From the NCBI GenBank assembly GCA_951406725.2, contig OX597829.1, positions 41,354,001 through 41,418,000 on the forward strand: a stretch of 64,000 nucleotides of DNA. The letters run 5' to 3'. Origin of the DNA: Octopus vulgaris. Taxonomy: Eukaryota. Shown piece by piece: positions 54,094 to 64,000 of the stretch. The notes under the pieces are model-generated. The model was given only the letters and a program-made list of their open reading frames with translations. It made no database searches and had not been told where the DNA came from. Position numbers and translations under genes: made by a program. How positions within the stretch are numbered: position 1 is the stretch's first letter; each line of letters opens with the position of its first letter.

Positions 54094-54453
54094 TCTCTCT
54101 ATATATAAACGGCAGTTTGTCTGTGCGTGTTTCTGTGTGTCTGTTTTCTTGTACCCTCACCCTGACCACGGCTTTCAACCGATTCTGATGAAACTTGACA
54201 CACACATAGCCCAATGTCATAATTCAAAACTAACGCAGCGAAAATTTTGAAAAGTTCCCCCAGTTCTGAAAAAATCGATAAATTCGAAATGGGGTCGAGA
54301 ATCAGAAACACAAACCACAGACTGTCTCGACATTTTTAACTCTCAAAAAAAATTTACCATAATTTTTCCCCCCATTTTTTGGCTATAACTCTCTAAAAAT
54401 GCTTTATAGTTATTTCCCTTACAAACCCGAGCAACGCCGGGCGATACTGCTAG
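54094..54453 (+). mobile_element. Non-autonomous Helitron (360 bp)
   Basis: 5' TC after A; subterminal hairpin CCCG-AGCAACGC-CGGG; 3' CTAG followed by T; no TSD. Confidence 0.8.
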
Positions 54454-56695
54454 TATATTATATATACATATACACACTCCTGTTCAAATATGATCAGGTC
54501 TTGAAAAGTTGTAGATTTCTTTGATGCTATCATGGAAAGTCACAAGGAGAGCAGAGCCAACAGTTGCAGGCCAACTCCAGACTCAAGCAAAATTTGTTCA
54601 GATCACCTTTTTTTTTTTAAGCTTTCTTGATTAAAAGATGAACAGTGTTACCCCTGAAAAGGGCTGCTCGGTCACTTGAAGTGCTGCTGAATCTCTCCCA
54701 TTGTCATATATTGAAAAAGAAGCAACCAATAGCCCTAAATGTCTTTGTGTAGCTTTCCAATTGCATAATTCCACCACAGAATTTTTTCTATAGAGTTCAT
54801 TTATAAGAAGTTCCCTTGTGTGAAATTAATTATAGTAAGTGAAGTGAATGCACTCGCTTTTCAGATAGAACACCTTTCTTCCCAGTGGCCCAATATTGGT
54901 TGGGACAACAAGAAACTGAATAACCCACAAGTTCTATATCTGAGTATTCTTCTCCTAGGCAGATGTTTTTAACTAGAAATAAGGGTTCATTACTCCCAAG
55001 TGGTCTTGTACAATCATTCACCATTAGAAATATTCCTAAATCTCCACACAATTGTCACAAAATTGTTGATCCCTTATTGGGTTTATCTATCCTTTTGATA
55101 GGCACTGTTAGAATTTTACTGGAATAAAAACATCCCTTACTTAGAAAAAAAAGAGACAAGTATGGATTGGTAATAAGCAGTGCACCCAGCCATAAAAATC
55201 CTGTTGCAATTTGCTGCCATCTAAGCAATGCTAGTAAAGAACAAGTGACATCAAATGAAATGAATTTATATGCGTGTGCATGTTAATGCTTGTCTCTAAG
55301 TGCTTCACAACCAAAGTATGGTATTTATGTCCTGTAATGTAGTAGTTCAGCAAAAAAAAAAAAAGAAAAAAAAAAGTCAGAAATAACAAAATTAAGACAA
55401 ACACACTGACTAACTAAAACTGTACAAAATGGTGCCTCAGCATGGCTGCAGTCTAATGACTAACAACAGAAAATAATAATAATAATATATATAGACTGGT
55501 GGATACACACACACATTCTGGTGTGAGGATAAGGGGTTCTTAATTTATGCATTTTTTTAAATGACATATTAAGAAATTAGTAGCAATTTTAATGGTTATT
55601 AGTGTTTAGAAAAGGAACTGTTTATGGCAGTTTAGCATGTTGATAGTTTAGTTAAGACCTTTGTGTGATATAGTGGCAAATGCACTCGGTGTGTGTGTGT
55701 GTAGACAGATAAGTAGATAAACAGTGTGTCTCAAGCACACAGGCGCTTTAAGCTGGAGCTTATTCAGTTTCCAAAGCATTTAAGCAGCTAGATTTCAATG
55801 GCTCATACAGTTAACCTTACTAGATAGAGGGGCTAAACACAGAAGGGACAAGCAAGGACAGGTAAACAGATTAAGTCGATTATGTCGACCCCAGTGTGTA
55901 ACTGGTACTTATTTAATCGACCCCGAAAGGATGAAAGGCAAAGTCGACCCCGGCGGAATTTGAACTCACAATGTAGCGACAGACGAAATACCGTTAAGCA
56001 TTTCGCCCGACATGCTAACGTTTCTGCCAGCTCGCCGCATTCTAGATACCATTGGGATTAATTTCAGCTCAGTGGAATAGTGTAACATGAAATGAAGTAC
56101 CTAGTGTAAAGATATGGTACCTCTTAGCCTGTGAACTGAACCCATGAACTAACAAACACAAGATTTGTTTTTAAACCACCACTTCAAGACAGTAGGGGTG
56201 TGGCAACTCATATTCTCTGGGAAAGTAAACACACATCTGTTTCCTTGTTCAGACAATCACATGAGAAAAGCAGGAATGACAACTGTCGCGCACACATTCT
56301 TCAATGCAAAAGCAAATGACACCTTGCCAAGGTTTCGTGCAGTGAAACTGAACCTAACATTACATTGAGAAGAAAATTTCTTAAACCACATGATCATACA
56401 AGTTAGCCAATAGAAGTGACCATAGTACTTGTTTTTAAAATCTAGTACTTGTTCTATCAATCTCTTTCTTGGTAAAACATAAACACTGAGAGCCAAACAC
56501 AGACACACATATGTATATATATATATATATATATATTCAGCCTATGCCAGTGAAGCTTTACACAGCACCGATAAACTTACCGGCTGCTGTCTAGCAATGA
56601 TTGCACTTTGTGTACATTCGCTTTGTATTTATATATTACATATATATATATACATAAAATTATATATATATATATTTACATATACATACAGATTA

Positions 56696-56731
<36 letters not shown>

Positions 56732-58394
56732 GGAGTGGCTGCACGGTAAGTAGCTTGCTTACCAACTACATGGTTCTGGGTTCAGTCCCACTGCATGTCA
56801 CTTTGGGCAAGTATCTTCTACTCTAACCTTGGGCTGACCAAAGCCTTGTGCGTGGATTTGGCAGATGGAAACTGAAAGTCACACACACATATATATATAC
56901 ATATTTAAAATGTATGTATGTGTGTCTCCTTGTATTGACATGTAGGGCTCCAGCCGTAGAAATTCTAACTCAACAAATTTTGTCTGTTATATGCAGATAA
57001 GGAGAGGTAGATGTTAAAACGACGATGAAAGTTGATACACACACACACACAAATCTGATGACGTGGAACCCCAGCAGCCAATTTCTTACTGTGAAATCTA
57101 TGTAAACGAAATACTGACTGCAAGGCCTGCAAAAAATCAAAAACCACTCACTATAAAAAGTGATAGTACAGAAAGAAGTCAGCACCACTCCATATCCTGA
57201 ATATAAAGGGTGGGTGGAACAGCCTGGAAATATTGTTAAAAACGAATTCTAGAACTTTATTGTTTCAAGCGAACTACAAGGATCAGACAGACAGACAGAC
57301 ACATAAATATATGTTAGTTTCTATTAAGGTATATGTTATACAATATTATATCAAATGTTGAATTGAGTTTATTTTATTTTGAAGCAAGTCTAAGAATATC
57401 AACGGGACACTGGTCGCTGTCGTGGCTCAATTCCGAGGATAGAGACAAGTTAAATAGACTGTCGGGCGAAACAAGAAGTCCCATTCAACAAAAACTTTAC
57501 TAATATACACCATAATATATATATATATATATATCAAACAGATTGAGAGTTCGATAAAATTAATACTGGGGTCGATACAACCTACTAAGAACAAGAAGGC
57601 GGCGCCGCAAGCCCAACAACTGAAATCCCATCGCATTTTTCTACCCAAAAGGGTCTTTCATTCCCGTATTTACATCCTATCATTTATAGTAGTTATGTGC
57701 TTCGAAATCATGTTCCAAAAAAAAAGAAGTTAAATATATATAATTAATAACTGACAAGTTACAAGAGTGAGTCATAGTCCGCGAATTTCGTGCACTAGTC
57801 CGAAACTCTCGGCCCTTGAGTCACTCTGTAACTTCTGTCGATTATTAATAATACAGCAAAATCACACACACACACTCACCACACAGATATATGTATGTAT
57901 GTATCTATGTATGTATATGTATATACGCACATCTTTACATCCAGAGGAGGCGAGGTGTAGGACGGACGGAAAAAAGAGAGAAGAAACAGATGTGCATTTG
58001 AGACAGACAGTAAAACATAAATAGATTAGTGTTCTTTGATATAGACCAGATTATGTTTTTAATAATTAGAGGGAGGGCGTACAACAAACCCTCCGAGAGA
58101 GGCAGACAGGAATACAAAGAGAACAAGAGATTGGGAAGAAAGAGAGGAACCAAGAGGGATAGACAATATGAAAGTATGCGAGAGACAGAAAGGAAAAGAG
58201 AGAGAGAGAGAGAGAGAGAAAGACATATAGAAAGCGCACTTAAGGACTGGGAGTTATGCAGAGGAGAGAGAGATATATACAGACATTCTGGCTTCGGATG
58301 AAGTGAAAGAGAAAGCAAGACAAAGTTATGCACAAGAGAATAAAGAGAAAGAGATGGGTGGGTGGGTGCTGGGTAAAAAAAAAAGAAGGAATTA

Positions 58395-58592
58395 TACGTA
58401 TTTTTAAGAGATATTTTGTCGGTCTGTCATGGGTAGGTAAGAATTAGTACCACCCACAGAACAACCAAGGGCACTTTTGATAATCGCCTCCTCCCCCCAC
58501 ACCCCCCTCGTCTTGATCTCAGACATTTATCGATAATATGGTCCTTCCTTCAAATTGTCCCCGATTTGTAAAAGACGATTGTTGCATGAGAA

Positions 58593-58629
<37 letters not shown>

Positions 58630-58755
58630 GGCCTGGAAATAAACAAGACACGGGGCAAACATTTCACATGAGTTGTTGGGGGCAAGATGGCGAAGATAAA
58701 TAATCCTTTGATCTTGTCTTTTCAACTGAAATCTTGGAACAGCCGACAGCTAAAC
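58395..58755 (-). pseudogene. Decayed partial duplicate of NXN exon 1 inside intron 1
   Basis: Colinear anchors: GGGCAAGATGGCGAAGA 58680-58696 = 62741-62757; AAATTGTCCC 58552-58561 = 62574-62583; TTTG(T/A)CGGTCT; ACTTTTG(A/G)TAA. Broken by a poly-A run and indels. Confidence 0.7.
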
Positions 58756-59539
58756 AAATATTAATATATTTATACGGGTGCATATGTATGAGGTTGCGCG
58801 AGTTGTATCTATGTACCTACGTGTATATGTGCGTGTGCGCCTATACGGCCAGTGCGGTGTTTTGATTTCTTTTGGTTGCATTAGTGATTAAAATATATAC
58901 ATATAATAATATACACACGTAATGAACGTACACACACACACATATATATATACATATACAGAAGGGATTTGTAAACATAATTAAGGTGTGCGTAAAACAT
59001 TCAGTTTAAACAAGTCACAATCAGCGACATTTCGATATCACTGAAGGATTTCTGAGAATATGTTCGTAGGACATCTGCCGCCGCGTCAATCTCAGCCAGT
59101 CTCCAGAGGGTCTGCGATGGCCATACGTACAAACCCTTTAAACCATTGTTCCAGAAGAAACCATTCAAATATTTAAATGTGTATTAAATGGATGGAGATG
59201 ATAACTACACACATACTACCTGTCTTTTAGACACTAGTACACAAGCACTATATATATATACACACATATATGTATATATTTACAAGTATATAACACATAC
59301 ATACACGACAGAGAAAGAGTCCTTAATGGGTGCAACAGGACCCAGAGAGAAAAACCTACTCCTGTTTAAATACAGTGCTTTACAAGATATGTGTATACAT
59401 GTGTGTATGTGCATGCATATATATTTATACAAAGAAGTTTACATATACACGCACACATAGGTGTATAATAAACATTCAGAGATGCTTTGCTCCACGCAGA
59501 AACTATCCAGGTTTTGCAAGCTCTTCTAAATTCACGGCA

Positions 59540-59590
<51 letters not shown>

Positions 59591-59620
59591 TGTATGTATT
59601 GCCGTGAATTTAGAAGAGCT

Positions 59621-59916
59621 TGGCGCAATGGCCCAGTGGTTAGGGCAGCGGACTCGCGGTTGTAGGATCGCTGTTTCGATTCCCAGGCCGGGCGTTGTGA
59701 GTGTTTATTGAGTGAAAACACCTAAAAGCTCCACGAGGCTCCGGCAGGGGTTGGTGGCGATCCCTGCTGTACTCTTTCGCCCCAACTTTCTCTCGCTCTT
59801 TCTTCTGTTGGCCTGCTCGCCTAGCCAACAGGGTGGCGTCATTTGAAGGCTAAAACAATGCGAAGCGCATTGTGACCAGCGATGTGTAGCAACATCTGAT
59901 AGCCTGGTCGGTCACG

Positions 59917-59920
<4 letters not shown>
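59621..59920 (+). mobile_element. tRNA-derived SINE family E
   Basis: TGGCCCAGTGG A-box, GTTTCGATTCC B-box; CpG-rich; followed by (TA)n(TG)n. Confidence 0.7.
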
Positions 59921-60011
<91 letters not shown>

Positions 60012-61789
60012 ATAGACAGACAGAGAGATACACAGACAAACTATTAGTCCAGAGTTCAACTCATTTTGCTCATCATGCAATACATGATAAAGAGCAAAGC
60101 AAAACTGAGTGGCAACGGTGTATGTAAAACATCTTAGATTGCAATAAATACATGAACTTTAATATGCACGTATGTATTTGGGCTGGTCCGGTAAGCCTAT
60201 AACCGGAGTTTTCTCGGTGTGTAAGGATCAGCCAAGCCTATCTGTGGAAACTCAGGATTTTGCAGGGTACGGGTTCAGGCCAAATAAACTACTACACTCT
60301 ATGTGGTATTGGGTACCTTTCCCCGGCTTGTTAAATATCATGCACGAACCCCCACACATCCTAACCATCTAGTTATCCATCTATGTCTCCTGTCTCTATA
60401 CCTATGCATGATTTTTTTTTCTCTATTTTTCTTTCTTTATATCTATCTATCTATCTATCTATCTGTACATATATTTATATACACATGCGTTCAGATCCTG
60501 CCGCAGCCAACTCTGCCTTTATTTCAATGGTCGATAAATCAAGTACTGCTCAGAAACTGTGGATCGATTTCTGGTGTGAAATGGAGTTATGTGGTGCACC
60601 TGAGCACTGCATACAATAATTTCATTATATTATATTAAATAAAAGACATTGATTGAATAGTCACGCAGACAAGATTCAGTAAAGGTTAAAGAGTAAAGCA
60701 ACAATGGTGATGAAGATAAAAGATTCATATATTACAATAAAATCGTCAATGAATGATCGAACTGATTTTTAATCGCATGTTCATATACAATACATAATCT
60801 GGACAGTTCATTAGCTTATTGCTTATATTATTACGGAATTCAAAAATAAATGATTACCGACATATCTAGAAATAATCATGGATTGTTATGTACAATGGGA
60901 GCAAGCGTGGCAGTGTAGTTAAGAAGCTTGCTTCCCAACCATTTGGTCCTGGGTTCAGTCCCAGTGGCGCGGCCCCTTTAGGCAAGTGTCTTCTGCTTTA
61001 GACCCCGTGCCGACCAAAGCCTTGTGAATGGATTTAGTAGACGGAAACTGAAAGAAGCCCGTCGTTTGTGTGTACGTGTTTCTTTGTGCCTCCTATTACT
61101 GCTTGTCAACCGGTGCTGGTTTATTTACGTCCCTGTGACTTAGCAGTTAGACAAATAAAGACCGACAGAATAAGTACCCGGTCTAAAAAAATACTGGGAT
61201 CGATTCGTTCGACTAAACCATTCAAGGCGGTGCCCCATCATGGCCGCAATCCAGTAATTGAAAGAAGTAAAAGACAGAAAAAAAAAGATATATGTACGTC
61301 TAATAGCGAGGTGCCAGTTCGTTCTACGTCGCACCTGGGGCAGTGCCCTATGATAGGCCATAGACAGCAAAGAGCCGACTCGGGTGAAATCGGGGTAGGC
61401 GTTTAAACTGTGGAATGGTTCGTGCCTGTTAATTCAAAGCATCAGTTATTGTCATATTTGTCAGGATTATGTTAATGGTACCATAACTTGTACAACATAT
61501 ATACAATGTACAAGATATTCATACATACACACACACACACACACGGAATATGCAAAATGAATTTATACATACATGTAAGATACATTTTCACACATATACA
61601 CACACACGTGCGTGTGGTGTGTATATGTATATTAATACTATATATATATATATATATATATATGTACATGTACATATATATATATATATATATGTACATG
61701 TATGCATACATATATATGAACATTCATATGCACATGTGTATATATATGTATGTAGATATCACTCATAAAAGTACGTTCATACATGTGCA

Positions 61790-62185
61790 TATATATATAT
61801 ATATACACACACACATGAGCTTATATACAGTCCTGTGTGTGTATACATACAGCTAAGATTATACATACACCCGTATAATTTGTGCTCAAATCCCGTTCAA
61901 TAGTTCGGGGTATAACACACCCGCATATATGTATGTGTGTGTGTGTGTGTATGTATATATATATATATATATAATGACCATTCCTAAATACAACAATATA
62001 TATACATACATACATGCATATATGCGGGTATGTCATACCCCGAACTATTGAACAGGATTTGAGCACAAATATATATACACACACAAATTATACGGGTGTA
62101 TGTATATACGGGTGTTAGCGGTGTGTATGCACACACAGCACTATGTATATAAGCTCATGTGTGTATGTGTATATATATATATATA
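61790..62185. repeat. Long imperfect inverted repeat (arms about 150-180 bp)
   Basis: For example ATTTGTGCTCAAATCC..TTCAATAGTTCGGGGTAT pairs with ATACCCCGAACTATTGAA..GGATTTGAGCACAAAT. Confidence 0.85.
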
Positions 62186-62455
62186 TGCAAATTCTACATG
62201 ATCCCTATGAGTATGCACATTAGAGCATTTATCGTATGTGTCCAAGGGTACATTTACAGGGGTGTCTAAAATACGTGCGCTTACATGTGTGCATGCAGGG
62301 TATATATACAAAAACGTCACCATGTGTGTGTATACTTACATGTCCAATCGTTTGACAGATACTATTTCCAAGGAAACAACATGAAAACAACAACAAACTC
62401 GGCCCAATATGACTGATGGCCGTCACCCTTATAATGTTAACAATGAACTACGTAC

Positions 62456-62947
62456 CTGCCTTTGACGGTCTTGTAACGGTAGGGCCATCCACGGCATGTC
62501 CGCTAAGTACTTTTGGTAAAGGGGCCAGTTTAGGGTCTCAAGTGCGGTGTCTGTCGATACAAAGATGATCTCTAAATTGTCCCGTAAGGGGGAATTCTGT
62601 TTGAAATCTTTATAGAACCGCAGCACTGTGTTGAAAGCGTGCTGCGGTGTTCCCAAAACACAGCCCGCAGGGGCGACGTTCGACGATGAAGATGAAGAGG
62701 CAGACGACAACAAGCCGCCATCTTCTTCTCTGTAGCTGTCGGGCAAGATGGCGAAGAACAAACCGATTATTTTGTCCTTTCCACTGATGTCTTTAACGGC
62801 CAGCAGAGGAGAACACTTTCGGTGATGTCCGTCGTCCGTGCTGACGCTGCTGTCGTCGCTAGAAGTGGAGGCCGATATGGTGTTGTCCGCCGAGAGATTC
62901 TGACAAGGGACGACGTAGTTTCCTAAAAGGTTTTCAATGGCGGCCAT
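62456..62947 (-). CDS. NXN: Nucleoredoxin coding exon 1 (164 codons, first thioredoxin-like domain, no CxxC)
   Basis: ATG at 62947; translation contains KIIGLFFA...LEIIFVSTD...YLADMPWMALP, typical of NXN/tryparedoxin-like folds; donor CAG|GTACGT at 62456/62455, phase 0; CpG-rich. Confidence 0.9.
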
Positions 62948-63620
62948 AACGACTGGATGGCGGGAAGTAGCATCACTCCTCTGACTCTTCCTCGCACTAT
63001 CCTCCTACCTCGTTTCTCTGCAATCCTCCTCCTCCCGGCACCCGCTTTCTTTCTTTTTTTACTCCCTAATATCTCTTACTAGCACAATCTCTAAGTTACA
63101 CTAGGCTGCTACCCTGTCTCTTTCTCTCTACATTTCAGCATCTGCCTCTGCTTCGCTTTCTCTTTCCCCTTACCTCTCTTCACTTACGCCTCCCTTGTCT
63201 CTTTATATATATATGTATATATATGTATATATATGTATATATATGTATGTATATGTATGTATGTATCTCCGTCGGCACCCTTATCTTTACTTCTGCCTGT
63301 GTCTATCTTTTATAGTTTCATGCTAACTACCTTTCAGTTTCTGTTTGAGTCATTCATTTGTTCTCTCCATCCTTTTCTCTCTGTCTATGTCACTGTCTGT
63401 TTCTGTCTCTGCCTGTCTATCTACCCCACACACACTCTCTCTATCGATTGATCAATCTTTCTCTGTCTCAACCTTTTAGTACTCTATGATCTATGATCTT
63501 TACTCCGTCCGTCCGCCCGTCCGTCTGTTTCTTTGAAACCCCTCCAGTCTAGTTAGTCAGTGCTATTGACTTCTTCATTCACTATCATCAAAATTATCAA
63601 AGAGTTGCAGCATCAGCAGC
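62948..63620 (-). promoter_or_regulatory. Probable NXN 5' UTR / proximal promoter region
   Basis: Directly upstream of the ATG; CpGs retained; GA-rich on the coding strand; the TSS cannot be placed from sequence. Confidence 0.4.
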
Positions 63621-63679
63621 AACAGCTTACTTTTCTCTCCTTCCCTTTCTTTCTTTTTATTATTGCATCGTTACACCAA

Positions 63680-63689
63680 TTCCTTTTTC

Positions 63690-63720
<31 letters not shown>

Positions 63721-64000
63721 GTCTGTCTGTCTGTCTGTCTTTCTTTCTTTCTGTCTTTCTTTCTTCCTTTCTTTCTTTCTTTCTCTCGTTCTTTCTTTCT
63801 CTCTCTCTTTCTTTCTTTCTTTCTCTCCCGCTCTTTCTTTCCTTCTTTCTTTCTTTCCTTTTTCTCTGTCTGTCTGTCTTTCTTTCTTTCTTTCTTTCTT
63901 CCTTTCTTTCTTTCTTTCTTTCTTCCTTTCTTTCTTTCTTTCTTTCTTTCTATATATCTTTCTTTCTTTCTCTCGTTCTTTCTTTCTCTCTCTTTCTTTC
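63680..64000. repeat. (TTTC)n/(TCTG)n polypyrimidine microsatellite
   Basis: Direct reading of the sequence. Confidence 0.95.

Noticed and set aside
54180-54215. CTGATGAAAC as a hammerhead core; likewise CTGAAGA at about 50435
   Set aside because: No stem II followed by GAAA; these are Helitron and SINE internal sequence

Overview
AT-rich, repeat-dense animal genomic DNA. The repeat content suggests a cephalopod, probably Octopus (inference). One host gene is supported: nucleoredoxin (NXN) on the minus strand, with 7 GT-AG coding exons from 62947 to 17108 (487 aa), the WCPPC site split by an intron, and a 32-kb first intron. The rest is transposon debris and microsatellites: a 5'-truncated Penelope-like element (RT + C-terminal GIY-YIG) with an inverted terminal repeat, a decayed piggyBac transposase with TTAA MITEs, a non-autonomous Helitron, RTE- and CR1-like LINE ends, and several tRNA-headed SINE families. 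Four observations stand out. (1) Three different hammerhead-ribozyme (HHR)-bearing repeat families share Penelope-style inverted junctions, and one has a tRNA-SINE head. (2) An in-frame TGA falls exactly on an expected Cys of the Penelope ORF. (3) A decayed, partly inverted duplicate of NXN exon 1 and its upstream region lies inside intron 1. (4) An array of palindrome-bearing repeats lies downstream of NXN. All alignments were done by eye, so repeat boundaries are approximate.
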